From assembly GCA_964016885.1 (NCBI GenBank), contig OZ024742.1:44454001-44518000 (forward strand): 64,000 bases of DNA, written 5' to 3'. Made by a program: the position numbers and the translations under genes. This DNA is from Eledone cirrhosa (taxonomy: Eukaryota). Under the pieces are notes generated by a model, which was given only the letters and a program-made list of their open reading frames with translations, made no database searches and was not told the origin of the DNA. Shown here piece by piece: positions 40,528-55,519 of the stretch (position 1 is its first letter; the number at the start of each line of letters is the position of its first letter).

Positions 40528-40672
40528 CAAAGGAATTGTGTTAAGGAACCAGATGGACCATAACGCGCCAGAGTACTCAATACTTAGCGTTTTGACGACT
40601 ATTTCTGACTACAGAAATAGCCGTCAAAACGGCTTGAGCTCTGCCGTCGGGGTCATACTTTTTCCTATATAT

Positions 40673-40704
<32 letters not shown>

Positions 40705-40754
40705 CCTTCCAAGCAGGGAAAAGCGGACGTAAAATAATGATGAAATGATGATGA

Positions 40755-40809
<55 letters not shown>

Positions 40810-40818
<9 letters not shown>

Positions 40819-43110
40819 ATGTGTGTGAGTGTGTATGTGTGTGGTTGTGTAATAAATGACCAGGTCAAACTTACTCCTACTCTACCTTTAGCCATAGTCC
40901 TTGTCTTTGTGTGTATATGTGTGTGTGTATATGCGTGTGTGTGTACATGTGTATATGTGTACATATGTGTATGTGTACATATGTGTATGCGTATGTGTAC
41001 ATGTCCATATATGAGAGTGTGTATGAGTGTGTGCATACATGTGTAATGACTGGCCAGGCCAAATTGGCTGCTATTCTGGTTTTACACACAGTTCTTGTAT
41101 GTGTGTGTGAAAGTACATACACACACACATATATACATACACACACATACACATATACATACACACACATGCATGCATATACAGATACATATGCACATAC
41201 ACACACATACATGAACACACACACAGACAAATTTCAATGTATGTGTGCACAAATGTGTGTGTGTGTGCATGTGTGTATGTGTGCACATGTGTATGTGTGC
41301 ACATGTGTATGTGTGTGCATGTGTGTATGTGTGCACATGTGTATGTGTGCACATGTGTATGTGTGTGCATGTGTATGTGTGCACATGTGTATGTGTGTGC
41401 ATGTGTGTATGTGTGTGCACTTGTGTATGTATGTACATGTGTGTATGTGTGTACACATGTGTATGTGTGTGTATGTGTGTATGTGTGCACATGTGTATGT
41501 GTGTGCATGTGTGTATGTGTGTGCACATGTGTATGTGTGTACATGTGTGTATGTGTGTGCACATGTGTATCTGTGTATGTATGCACATGTGTATGTGTGT
41601 GCATGTGTGTATGTGTGTGCACATGTGTGTACATGTGTGTATGTGTGTGCATATGTGTATGTGTGTGCATGTGTGTATGTGTGCACATGTGTGTGTACAT
41701 GTGTATATGTGTAGTAGTGTGTGTGTGTTTACACATGTATATGTGTAGTAGTGTGTGTGCGTGTACACATGTATATGTGTAGTAGTATGTGTGTGTGTGT
41801 ATACATGTGTGTATGTGTAGTAGTGTGTGTGTGTAGGTGTGTGTGTGTGTATCTTATAAGTATGTATAATGACTGGTCGGACAAATTGGCTGCTATTCAG
41901 CTTTTAAACACAGGCCACCATCCTGTGTGTGTGTAGTGTGTGTGTAGTGTGTGTGTGTGTGTGTAGTGTGTATGTGTGTGTAGTGTGTGTGTAGTGTGTA
42001 TGTGTATGTAGTGTGAGTGTGTGTGTGTCTGTAGTGTGTATGTGTTTGTAGTGTGTATGTGTGTGTAGTGTGTATGTGTATGCAGTGTGAGTGTGTGAGT
42101 ATGTGTATGTGTTGTGTGTATGTATGTAGAGTGATTATGTGTGTGTTTAGTGTATGTGTGTATGCAGTATGAGTGTGTGTATTTAGTGTGTATGTGTATA
42201 TGTATGTAGCATGTGTGAGTGTGTGTCTGTGTAGTGTGTATGTGGAATGTGTTGTGAGTTTGTGTGTATGTTCATGTAGCATGTATGTGTATGTGTAGTA
42301 TATGTGTGAGTTTGTGTATGTATGTGTATGTGTGTAGGTGCATGTAGCATGTATGTGTATGTGTAGTACATGTGTGAGTTTGTGTATGTATGTGTATGTG
42401 TGTAGGTGCATGTAGCATATGTCAATGTGTGTATGTGTATGTGTAGTATGTGTGTGTATATGCATGTAGTATGTATGTGTATGTATGTATGTATGTGTGT
42501 ATGTAGTATCCATTGGCATGTATATGTAGTATGTTTGTGTGTTTGTATGTATGTGTATATAGCACGTGTTTGTGCCTGTTTATGTGTGTATATGTGTGTG
42601 TATATGTGTGCTTGTGTGTTTGTGTGTATATATACTACGAGTATGTAGTATATATGTGTATGTACAGATATTTGTACATGTATGAGGCTACATGAATATG
42701 TGTATGCACATGTGTATATGTGTATGCACAAGTGTATATGTGTATGCACATGTGTATATGTGTATGCACATGTGTATATGTGTATGCACAAGTGTATATG
42801 TGTATGCACATGTGTATATGTGTATGCACAAGTGTATATGTGTATGCACATGTGTATATGTGTATGCACATGTGTATATGTGTATGCACGTGTGTATATG
42901 TGTATGCACATGTGTATATGTGTATGCACAAGTGTATATGTGTATGCACATGCGTATATGAATGTGTAATGATTGCTTGGACCCAAATTGATGGCTATTC
43001 AGTTAATGTGTATATATATATGTGCACATATCTCTCTGTGTGTATATGTGTATATATGTGCACATATCTGTGTGTGTCTGTGTGTAAATGTGTATATATG
43101 TGCACATATC

Positions 43111-43155
<45 letters not shown>

Positions 43156-43200
43156 GTGCACAACTGTGTGTGTATGTGTATGTATACATGTGCACATATC

Positions 43201-43235
<35 letters not shown>

Positions 43236-43248
43236 GTGTGTGCATATC

Positions 43249-43322
<74 letters not shown>

Positions 43323-43582
43323 CACATATCTCTCTGTGTGTATATGTGTATATATGTGCACATATCTGTGTGTGTGTATATATGTGTATATATATACATG
43401 TGCACATATCTGTGTGTGTATATCTGTATGTATATATATATATGTGCAAATATATGTGTGTGTGTATATATGTATATATATATACATGTTCACATATCTG
43501 TGTGTGTGTATATGTGTATGTAAATATGTGCACATATCTGTGTGTGTGTGTATATGTGTATATATATACATGTGCACATATC

Positions 43583-43614
<32 letters not shown>

Positions 43615-43718
43615 CATGTGCACATATCTGTGTGTGTGTATATATGTGTATATATATATATACGTGTATATATGTGTGTGTGTGTGTGTGTATGTGTATG
43701 TATACATGTGCACATATC

Positions 43719-43751
<33 letters not shown>

Positions 43752-43933
43752 GTGTGTGCATATGTGTGTATATGTGTATGTATATATATATATATGTGTG
43801 CACATATCTGTGTGTGTGCATATGTGTATGTATATATGTGCACATATATGTATGTATATATACACACATATATATATGGAGAAAAAATTTACGAAATGAA
43901 ATATATATATATATATACAAATATATATATGTA

Positions 43934-43967
<34 letters not shown>

Positions 43968-43992
43968 GATATATAGATATATATACATATAT

Positions 43993-44041
<49 letters not shown>

Positions 44042-44080
44042 CATAAATGTGTGTGTGAATATATACATATATGTGCACAT
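40810..44080. repeat. Cryptic alternating purine-pyrimidine (TG/TA/CA) satellite region, including a 20-bp tandem repeat at ~42695-42960
   Basis: Unit TGTGTATATGTGTATGCACA about 13 times; other GTGCACAT-based units. Confidence 0.9.
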
Positions 44081-44199
44081 GTGAGATTCAGTTCTTTCAT
44101 AGGTTCATCTTTCATTTATGAGCTTAGTGTGCTTAGACACACAGACAGACAGGTAACATACTGCAGCAGTGTTTGTGTGGCCATTTCAGACTTTACTAG

Positions 44200-47100
44200 T
44201 GATGATGGCGCTGGTTGTGGTGTTGGTGGTGTTGGTGGTGTTGGTGGTGTTGGTGTTGGTGTTGGTGGTGGTGTTGGTGGTGTTGGTGGTGTTGGTGGTG
44301 TTGGTTGTGTTGGTGTTGGTTGTGGTGTTGGTGGTGCTGGTTGTGTTGGTGGTGTTGGTTGTGTTGGTGGTGTTGGTGTTGGTGTTGGTGGTGGTGTTGG
44401 TGTTGGTGGTGGTGTTGGTGGTGTTGGTGGTGTTGGTGGTGTTGGTGGTGTTGGTGTTGGTTGTGGTGTTGGTGGTGCTGGTTGTGTTGGTGGTGTTGGT
44501 GTTGGTGTTGGTGGTGGTGTTGGTGTTGGTGGTGGTGTTGGTTGTGTTGGTGGTGCTGGTGGTGTTGGTGTTGGTGGTGTTGGTGGTGTTGGTGGTGTTG
44601 GTGTTGGTTGTGGTGTTGGTGGTGCTGGTTGTGTTGGTGGTGTTGGTGTTGGTGTTGGTGGTGGTGGTGGTGTTGGTGGTGGTGTTGGTGGTGTTGGTGG
44701 TGTTGGTGGTGTTGGTGTTGGTTGTGGTGTTGGTGGTGCTGGTTGTGTTGGTGGTGTTGGTGTTGGTGTTGGTGGTGGTGTTGGTGTTGGTGGTGGTGTT
44801 GGTTGTGTTGGTGGTGCTGGTGGTGTTGGTGTTGGTGGTGTTGGTGGTGTTGGTGGTGTTGGTGTTGGTGGTGTTGGTGGTGTTGGTTGTGTTGGTGTTG
44901 GTGTTGGTGTTGGTGTTGGTTGTGTTGGTGGTGTTGGTGGTGTTGGTGGTGTTGGTTGTGTTGGTGTTGGTGTTGGTGTTGGTGGTGGTGTTGGTTGTGT
45001 TGGTGTTGGTGTTGGTGTTGGTGGTGCTGGTTGTGTTGGTGGTGTTGGTGGTGTTGGTTGTGTTGGTGTTGGTGTTGGTGTTGGTGTTGGTTGTGTTGGT
45101 GGTGTTGGTGGTGTTGGTGGTGTTGGTTGTGTTGGTGTTGGTGTTGGTGTTGGTGGTGGTGTTGGTTGTGTTGCTGGTGTTGGTTGTGTTGGTGTTGGTG
45201 TTGGTGTTGGTGGTGGTGTTGGTTGTGTTGGTGTTGGTGTTGGTGTTGGTGGTGTTGGTGGTGCTGGTTGTGTTGGTGGTGTTGGTGGTGTTGGTGTTGG
45301 TGGTGTTGGTGGTGGTGTTGGTGTTGGTGTTGGTGGTGGTGTTGGTTGTGTTGGTGTTGGTGTTGGTGTTGGTGGTGTTGGTGGTGCTGGTTGTGTTGGT
45401 GTTGGTGGTGTTGGTGGTGGTGTTGGTGGTGTTGGTGTTGGTGGTGCTGGTTGTGGCAGTGGTGGTGTTGGTGGTGTTGGTTGTGGCAGTGGTGGTGTTG
45501 GTGGTGTTGGTGTTGGTGGTGCTGGTTGTGTCAGTGGTGGTGTTGGTGTTGGTGGTGATGGTGGTGCTGGTTGTGTCAGTGGTGGTGCTGGTTGTGTCAG
45601 TGGTGGTGTTGGTGTTGGTTGTGTCAGTGGTGGTGTTGGTGGTGTTGGTGTTGGTGGTGCTGGTTGTGTCAGTGGTGGTGTTGGTGTTGGTGGTGATGGT
45701 GGTGCTGGTTGTGTCAGTGATGGTGTTGGTGGTGTCAGTTGTGTTGTTGGTGTTGGTTGTGTCAGTGGTGGTGTTGGTGGTGTTGGTGTTGGTGGTGCTG
45801 GTTGTGTCAGTGGTGGTGTTGGTGGTGGTGGTGTTGGTGGTGCTGGTTGTGTCAGTGGTGGTGTTGGTGGTGTTGGTGTTGGTGGTGCTGGTTGTGTCAG
45901 TGGTGGTGTTGGTGGTGGTGGTGTTGGTGGTGCTGGTTGTGTCAGTGGTGGTGTTGGTGGTGTTGGTTGTGTCAGTGGTGGTATTGGTGGTGCTGGTTGT
46001 GTCAGTGGTGGTGTTGGTGGTGCTGGTTGTGTCAGTGGTGGTGTTGGTGGTGTTGGTTGTGTCAGTGGTGGTATTGGTGGTGTTGGTTGTGTCAGTGGTG
46101 GTGTTGGTGGTGTTGGTTGTGGCAGTGGTGGTGTTGGTTGTGTCAGTGGTGGTAATTGTGGTGCTGGTGTTGGTGTTGGTGGTGTTGGTGTTGGTGGTTG
46201 TGTCAGTGGTGGTGTTGGTGGTGCTGGTTGTGTCAGTGGTGGTGTTGGTGGTGCTGGTTGTGTCAGTGGTGGTGTTGGTGGTGTTGGTGGTGGTGGTGTT
46301 GGTGCTGGTTGTGTCAGTGGTGGTGGTGTTGGTGTTGGTGGTGGTGTTGGTGGTGTTGGTGTTGGTGGTTGTGTCAGTGGTGGTGTTGGTGGTGCTGGTT
46401 GTGTCAGTGGTGGTGTTGGTGGTGCTGGTTGTGTCAGTGGTGGTGTTGGTGGTGTTGGTGTTGGTGGTGTTGGTGTTGGTTGTGTCAGTGGTGGTGGTGT
46501 TGGTGCTGGTTGTGTCAGTGGTGGTGTTGGTGGTGCTGGTTGTGGCAGTGGTGGTGTTGGTGGTGCTGGTTGTGGCAGTGGTGGTGTTGGTGGTGTCAGT
46601 GGTGGTGTTGGTGGTGTCAGTGGTGGTGTTGGTGGTGCTGGTTGTGGCAGTGGTGGTGTTGGTGGTGTCAGTGGTGGTGTTGGTGGTGCTGGTTGTGGCA
46701 GTGGTGGTGTTGGTGGTGTCAGTGGTGGTGTTGGTGGTGCTGGTTGTGGCAGTGGTGGTGTTGGTGGTGTCAGTGGTGGTGTTGGTGGTGCTGGTTGTGT
46801 CAGTGGTGGTGTTGGTTGTGGCAGTGGTGGTGTTGGTGGTGTCAGTGGTGGTGTTGGTGGTGCTGGTTGTGTCAGTGGTGGTGTTGGTGGTGTCAGTGGT
46901 GGTGTTGATGGTGTTGGTGGTGTTGGTTGTGGCAGTGGTGGTGTTGGTGGTGGTGGTGGTGGTGGTGTTGGTGGTGTTGGTTGTGGCAGTGGTGGTGTTG
47001 GTGGTGGTGGTGGTGGTGTTGGTGGTGTCAGTGGTGGTGTTGGTGGTGCTGGTTGTGGCAGTGGTGGTGTTGGTGGTGGAGGTGGTGGTGCTGGTTGTGT

Positions 47101-49210
47101 CAGTGGTGGTGTTGGTGGTGTTGGTTGTGGCAGTGGTGGTGTTGGTGGTGTTGGTGGTGTCAGTGGTGGTGTTGGTGGTGTTGGTTGTGGCAGTGGTGGT
47201 GTTCGTGGTGGTGTTGGTGGTGTCAGTGGTGGTGTTGGTGGTGTTGGTTGTGGCAGTGGTGGTGCTGGTTGTGTCAGTGGTGGTGTTGGTGGTGTTGGTT
47301 GTGGCAGTGGTGGTGTTTGTGGTGGTGGTGGTGGTGGTGGTGGTGGTGTTGGTTGTGGCAGTGGTGGTGTTGGTGGTGTTGGTGGTGTCAGTGGTGGTGT
47401 TGGTGGTGTTGGTTGTGGCAGTGGTGGTGTTGGTGGTGTTGGTTGTGGCAGTGGTGGTGTTGGTGGTGTCAGTGGTGGTGTTGGTGGTGTTGGTTGTGGC
47501 AGTGGTGGTGTTGGTGGTGGTGGTGGTGGTGGTGGTGTTGGTGGTGTCAGTGGTGGAGGTGGTGGTGCTGGTTGTGGCAGTGGTGGTGTTGGTGGTGGAG
47601 GTGGTGGTGTTGGTGCTGCTGGTTGTGGCAGTGGTGGTGTTGGTTGTGGCAGTGGTGGTGTTAGTGGTGGTGTTGGTGGTGTCAGTGGTGGAGGTGGTGG
47701 TGCTGGTTGTGGCAGTGGTGGAGGTGGTGGTGCTGGTTGTGGCAGTGGTGGTGTTGGTGGTGGAGGTGGTGGTGTTGGTGGTGCTGGTTGTGGCAGTGGT
47801 GGTGTTGGTTGTGGCAGTGGTTGTGTCAGCGGTGGTGTTGGTGGTGTCAGTGGTGGAGGTGGTGGTGTTAGTGGTGTCAGTAGTGGTGTTGGGGGGTGTC
47901 AGTGGTGGTGGTGGTGGTGTTGGTAGTGTTGGTGGTGATGGTAGTGTTGGTGGTGTTGGTAGTGTTGGTAGTGTTGGTGGTGTTGGTAGTATTGGTGGTG
48001 TTGGTAGTGTTGGTGGGGTTGGTAGTGTTGGTGGTGTTGGTTGTGTTGGTAGTGTTGGTGGTGTTGGTAGTGTTGGTGGTGATGGTAGTGTTGGTGGTGT
48101 TGGTAGTGTTGGTAGTGTTGGTGGTGTTGGTAGTATTGGTGGTGTTGGTAGTGTTGGTGGGGTTGGTAGTGTTGGTGGTGTTGGTTGTGTTGGTAGTGTT
48201 GGTGGTGTTGGTAGTGTTGGTGGTGATGGTAGTGTTGGTGGTGTTGGTAGTGTTGGTAGTGTTGGTGGTGTTGGTAGTATTGGTGGTGTTGGTAGTGTTG
48301 GTGGTGTTGTTAGTGTTGGTGGTGTTGGTAGTGTTGGTAGTGTTGGTGTTGTTGATAGTGCTGGTGGTGTTGGTAGTGTTGGTGGTATTGGTGGTGTTGG
48401 TAGTGTTGGTGGTGTTGGTAGTGTTGGTAGTGTTGGTGGTGTTGGTAGTGTTGGTGGTGTTGGTGGTGTTGGTAGTGTTGGTGGTGTTGGTAGTGTTGGT
48501 AGTGTTGGTGGTGTTGGTAGTGTTGGTGGTGTTGGTGGTGTTGGTAGTGTTGGTAGTATTGGTGGTGTTGGTAGTGTTGGTGGGGTTGGTAGTGTTGGTG
48601 GTGTTGGTAGTGTTGGGGGTGTTGGTGATGGTGGTGCTGGTTGTGGCAGTGGTGGTGTTGGTGAAAGTGGTTTTTGGTTGTAGTAGTGGTGATGGTTGTG
48701 TTGGTTGTGGTAGTGGTGATGGTGGTGTTGGTTCTGGTAGTGGTGGTGGTGGTGTTGGTTGTGGTAGTGGTGAGAGTGGTGTTGGTTGTCGTAGTGGTGG
48801 TGGTGGTGTTGGTGTTGGTTGTGGTAGTGGTGATAGTGGTGTTGGTTGTGGTAGTGGTGATGGTACTAGTATTGATTGTGGTAGTGGTGGTGGTGTTAGT
48901 GTTAGTGGTTATAGTGATGATGGTGGTGTTGGTTGTGGTAGTGGTGGTGTTGGTTGTTATAGTGATGATGTTCGTGTTGGTTGTGGTATTGGTGATGGTA
49001 GGAGTGGTAGTGGTGATGGTAGGAGTGGTAGTGGTGATGGTAGTAGTAGTGGTGATATTTGTGGTGGTGTTGATGGTAGGAGTGGTAGTGGTGATGGTAA
49101 TAGTAGTGGTGATAATTGTGGGGTGGTAGTAGTGTTGGTGGTGGTGGTGGTAGGGAAAGCAGTGTTGATGGTAAGGGAGATGTGAGTATGATGGTAGTGG
49201 TTGTGGTTAC
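44200..49210. repeat. ~5-kb cryptic (GGT/GTT)n array with higher-order units
   Basis: Triplet mosaic; GATG marker at 47937, 48081 and 48225 defines a 144-bp period. Confidence 0.95.
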
Positions 49211-49649
49211 AGTTGGTAGTGGTTGTGGCAGTAGTAACGTCTGTGGTGATAGCCTGATAGTGGTGGTAATAGTAGACATGAAAGGGTTCTGGTGATGGCT
49301 AAAGTTGTGATGGCTAAAGTTGTGTGTGTGTGTGTGTGTGCATGTGTGCTTGTGTGTGTGTGTGTGTATGTGTGTGTGTATGTGTGTGTGTGCATGTATG
49401 TGTGTGTGCGTGTGTGTATGTGTGTGTGTGTGAGTGTACGTATGCATGGTGGTTGTAGTGGTGGATGATGTAGTGGTGAATGTAGAGGTACTGGTGGTGG
49501 AAGGTGTGATGGTGATTGTAGTGGTAGTATTGGGTATGGTAGTGGTGGATGTGAAGCAGGTGGTGATGGTATAAGTAGTGGTTGTGGTGGTAGTAGTAAT
49601 AGTAGTGTTGGCATTGGTAGTGGTCATAGTGACAGTGGCAGGTGAGATA

Positions 49650-49811
49650 TTATACTACAACTACAACTATAATCTTCACTATCACAACAACAACAACAAC
49701 AACAACAAAAACTACTACTAGTACAAGCTCCACTACTACTACTAGTACTACAACTACCATTACTACTACTATTACTATTATTATTACTATTATTATTACC
49801 GCCACTACAAT

Positions 49812-49880
<69 letters not shown>

Positions 49881-50053
49881 CACCACCACCACAACCACTA
49901 CTACAACTACAATAACTACTAGTACCACCACCACCACCACCACCACCACCACCACCACCACCACCACCACCACCACAAGCACTACCACAACCACTACTAC
50001 AACTACTATAACTACTAGGACTACAACCACCACCACCACCACCACAACTTCTT

Positions 50054-50104
<51 letters not shown>

Positions 50105-50266
50105 ATAATAATAATAATACTACCACCACCACAACCACTACTACAACTACAATAACTACTAGTACCACCACCACCACCACAACCACTACTACAACCACTA
50201 CTACAACTACTATAACTACTAGGACTACAACCACCACCACCTCAACTATTATTACTACTACTACTT

Positions 50267-50302
<36 letters not shown>

Positions 50303-50422
50303 TTACTGCTAGTACTACAACCACCATCACAATGTGTGTGTGTTGTTTTGCCAGCATTATACCACATTTCTTCGATTTCATCCTTACCATCACTTGTAGT
50401 TATAGCAGTAGTAGGTGTGGTA

Positions 50423-50460
<38 letters not shown>

Positions 50461-50466
50461 TACTAC

Positions 50467-50497
<31 letters not shown>

Positions 50498-50860
50498 CAT
50501 CTGCAATACTGCCAATGCCACACTGGTTGTTTTCGCCTCTTTTCTGGGCAACAACAACAACATCTACAGCACTACCATAACAACATCAGCAGCAGTACCA
50601 CCACAACAACAACAACAATAACAACAGCAGCAGAAGCACAATTAGATAACAACAACAACAATAGCAACAACATCATTGTTGCCACACTACCACCCTATAT
50701 TATCATCAACAACATCAACAACAGTACCACAACAACAACACTACCACAACAACAACAGTAGTACCACAACAACACTACCACAACAACAACATCTAAAACA
50801 ATACCACAACAACAACACCAACAGCAGTACCACAACAACAACAACAGCAGAAGTATAACA
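49650..50860. repeat. (ACT/ACC/AAC)n compound array
   Basis: Direct reading. Confidence 0.9.
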
Positions 50861-50869
50861 ACATTACAA

Positions 50870-52208
50870 CCATGGAATTTACACCTGCAATGCTGCGACG
50901 TCACCTAAAAAATAAATGCAACCATGCCTCTCCTGGTCTTGATGGTGTTACGTACCTGCTTCTCAAATAAGGTGGGTACTTACTTCTGCACCAGCTATCA
51001 CGCTTCTTCCAATTCTGTCTGAACAACGGTGCTACTCCAGAACAGTGGAAAACTACCAGTGTCATTCCTCTGTTCAAAAAGGGTGACCGCACACCACCTG
51101 TGAACTATCGTCCAGTCAGTCTTACTAGTTGCATTGCCAAACTGATGGAATCCTGTGTCAGAGAAACACTTTGGAACTTCTGGAACTCTCACAGTCTTAT
51201 CCGGCCCTCGCAATTTGGATTTATCCCCAACTCCAGCTGCTGTGATCAACTTATCGAGTTTCTTAAAGACATCATCCGGATCACTGATGGTGGCTCATGG
51301 GTGGATGTTGTTTACCTTGACTTTGCGAAAGCTTTCAATTCTGTGCCACACAAAAGGCTTATGGCAAAACTCTCTGCAATGGGTGTGAAGGATGATCTTT
51401 TTAACTGGTTGAAGTCCTTCATTCTCAGTCGAAGAGAGGTAGTCATGGTTCTGGGACAGCATTCCTCACCATATGAGATGTCATCTGGTGTACCACAGGG
51501 ATCTGTTCTTGGCCCCCTTTTGTTTGTGGCATATATTAATTACATAGATGCCAACTTAAAGAATGCCACAGTACTAAAGTACACAGATGACATCAAGCTG
51601 TACCTTGAGATAAAAAGGACAGATCCTGAACACTATAGATCTTGCTTGCAGTCTGACCTGGACACAATGCAACAATGGATCTCAGACTGGCAACTCAAGC
51701 TGGCTGTGGACAAGTGCACCACCATGCATTTTGGGAGTAAAAACCCAGCGTCCACATACTCCCTCCACAGCACTAATATCAAGAAGTCTTCTTGTGAACA
51801 TGACCTGGGCATTACGGTCAGCAGCGATTTGCGTTGGATGAAGCACGTCTCTAAAATTGTCAAGAAGGCCGAGGGTGTCTTAGCATCACTCAGCAAGACC
51901 TTTGTCAGCTGCTCTCCAGCTATCTATTTAAGGCTGTACATGGCTATGGTGCGGCCACACTTAGAATTTGCATCACCAGTCTGGAACCCCTATCTTGCTC
52001 AGAACATTGACCGCCTGGAAACTGTTCAGAGACGTGCAACCAAGCGAATACCCTCCATCAGGCATCTACCATACTTTGAGCGCCTTGCTTCCCTGGGCAT
52101 GGATACATTGAAGCTCCGACGCCTGGCTACTGACTTGGTAAACACCCCCAAAATTGTTAACCATCTTGCCAACAGCAACCCTGAGTACCTTTTTGATTTC
52201 CATGTGTC
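50870..52208 (+). mobile_element. CR1-group LINE fragment with most of the RT domain (pseudogene)
   Basis: NYRPVSLTS, QFGF, YLDFAKAFNSVPH, GVPQGSVLGP, YTDD, YMAMVRPHLEFASPVWNP; in-frame TAA at 50968; 3'-truncated. Confidence 0.93.
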
Positions 52209-52389
52209 TATACAGTCACAACTGGCTAGAAATAACAGCCAAATTCTTCCATTCTTTATAAATAAAGGTAGAACACATTATACAGTGTAGTTATAGATGT
52301 ATAGAAACACTGGTTGGTTTCAGCCAGAATGCTTTTGATCATGGATCTATTTAATCAGTAATGGCCTAGGGTTAAACAACTTCACCAAC

Positions 52390-52962
52390 ATTGACACCAT
52401 CATTATCACTGCCAGAAAAAACAATCACAACAACACTAACCAACACTACCACCACCACCACCACCACCACCACTACCAACAGCACTAACACTACCACCAC
52501 CACCACCACTACCATTACCACTAACTACAACACTAACACTCCTGACACCACTACCACCACTAACAACACCACTTCCACTAACAACAGAACTAACACCACC
52601 ACCAACAACATCAACAACAACAGCACTAACAATACCATCAACACTGTCATAACTACCACTAACAACGGCACTAGCACTAACACCACCACTACCACCACTA
52701 CCATTACCACTAACACCAGCACCAGCGACACCACCATCACCACCACAACCACCACCACTACCACTACCACCACCACCACCACCACTATCATTACCACTAA
52801 CAACAGCATAACACTACCACTACCAACACCACCACCAACGCCAACACAACCACTACCACCATCACCACCACTACCATTAACAACATCACTAACACCAGCA
52901 CCACCAACACCACCACCACCACCACCATCACCACAACCACTACCATTAACAACAGCACTAAC

Positions 52963-52993
<31 letters not shown>

Positions 52994-53088
52994 CCATCAC
53001 CACAACCACTACCATTAACAACAGCACTAACACCAGCACCACCAACACCACCATCACCACCACCACCACCATTAACAACAGCACTAAC

Positions 53089-53119
<31 letters not shown>

Positions 53120-54930
53120 CCACTATCAATATCACTAACACCATCAACCACCACCACCACCACTATCAATATCACTAACACCATCAACCACCACCACCAC
53201 CACCACTACATTACTAAACTATCAACATCATCACCAATAAGAACAACACTAATATCATCAACATCACTATCATCATCACTACCATATTACCAAGTCATCT
53301 ACATCATCACCGCGACCACTACCACCATCCCCACCACCACTACTACCATCACCACCATCACTGCCAGCACTACCACCACATTACTAAACCATCACCACCA
53401 CTACCACCATCACCACCATCACCACCACCACCACCACCACTACCACCATCAGCACCACCACCACCACCACTACCACCATCACCACCACTACCACCACCAT
53501 CACCACCATCACCACCACCATCACCACCATCACCACCATCACCACCACCACTACCACCATCATCACCATCACCACCACTACCACCATCATCACCACCATC
53601 ACCACCGCCACTACCACCATCACCACCATCACCACCACTACCACCACCATCAACACCATCACCACCATCACCACCACTACCACCACCATCACCACCACCA
53701 CTACCACCATCACCACCATCACCACCACTACCACCACCATCACCACCATCACCACCATCACCACCACTACCACCACCACCACCACCACCACCACCACTAC
53801 CACCATCACCACCATCACCACCACTACCACCACTACCACCACCATCACCACCACCACTACCACCATCACCACCATCACTGCCACTACTACCGCCACCACC
53901 ACCACCACCACCATCACCACTACCACTACCACCATCACCACCATCACCACCACCACTACCACCATCACCACCATCACCACCACTACCACCACCATCACCA
54001 CCATCACCACCATCACCACCACTACCACCACCATCACCACCACCACTACCACCATCACCACCATCACTGCCACTACTACCGCCACCACCACCACCACCAC
54101 CATCACCACTACCACTACCACCACCACCACCACCACCATCACCACTACCACTACCACCATCACCACCATCACCGCCACCACTACCACCACTATCACCACC
54201 ATCACCGCCACCATCACCGCCACCATCACTGCCACCACTACCACCATCACCACTGTACCACCATCACCACCACCATCAACACCATCACCACCACCATCAC
54301 CACTGTACCACCATCATCACCACCATCACCACCACCATCACCACCACTACCACCACCATTACCAACCACCACCATCACCACCACTACCACCATCACCAAC
54401 ATCACCGCCACCACTGCCACCACATTATTAAACCATCACCACCATCACCACCACCATCACCACCATACCACCATCACCACCACCATCACCACCACTACCA
54501 CCATCACCAACATCACCGCCACCACTGCCACCACATTATTAAACCATCACCACCATACCACCATCACCACCGCCATCACCACCACTACCACCATCACCAC
54601 CATCACCGCCACCACTACCACCACATTACTAAACCATCACCACCGCCACCACTACCACCACCACCACCACCACCACCACCACCACTACCACCATCACCAC
54701 CATCACTGCCACCACTACCACCACCATCACCCCCATCACCACTACCACCACCACCACCACCATTACCACCACCACTACCAGCATATTACTGAATCATCAT
54801 CTCTGCCACCATCCCCACCACCATCACCACATTACCAAACCATTATCACCCCCCCCCCCACTACCACTAGTACTCCTACATTACCACCACCACCACCACC
54901 ACCATCATCATCATTATCATCATCATCACA
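52390..54930. repeat. ~2.5-kb cryptic (CAC/CAT/TAC)n array
   Basis: Direct reading; compositionally the reverse complement of 44200-49210. Confidence 0.95.
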
Positions 54931-55519
54931 TCCAGTAACAACCACCAGAACTGCAGTAGCAGCAGCAGTGACAATGACAGCATCAGCAGCATTATCAACT
55001 AATATGTGTTGTCATAAGAACTGTATCTTCAATGTGTGGCTTCCATTCTCACCACCCTGCTGACACACACCCAAACACACACACACACACACACTCAAAC
55101 GCACACACTCAAACACACACACTCAAACACACACACTCACACACACAGAGCACGAGGGTTGGTTCATTCAGCTATAGGTACCAACCAACTGAGAAGCTAC
55201 AAGTGTGAAGAAATCTCTTACACTCTCCTGGAGATTACAATGTCACATCATTTCCTCATATAACTGAAACACTAGGCTACAACAGAGGTTACAGCAATCC
55301 ATCAAAGGGTTGTAGATTTTTATTTTCCTCTATCACAACCCCCTTCCCCTGCCCATAATTAGGAATTGAAAACATAATATATATAATTAATCTGGTTTAT
55401 CACTATAAAAAAGGAATATGCAGATGTTAAAAGTAAGTGTTATATTTCTTTAAATTTTCTTATAAAATAATAATGAAAATTATTGTGTACAGTGCTCAGG
55501 TGCACTACAAGCCTTATAC

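Noticed and set aside
43088-49185. Very long ORFs (1612, 1504, 429 aa; Gly/Val/Cys/Trp-rich)
   Set aside because: Open in several frames only because GGT/GTT repeats lack stop codons; no unique domain, and the frame slips at ~47890.
51100-52290. Active or domesticated reverse transcriptase gene
   Set aside because: Upstream in-frame stop, no endonuclease domain, 3' truncation, and AFD changed to AFN: a decayed LINE.
52391-55063. 890-aa Thr/Pro/His-rich ORF resembling a mucin or histidine-rich protein
   Set aside because: Composition switches T to P to H by slippage within one (CAC)n-type array; no ATG start, signal peptide or clear splice context.
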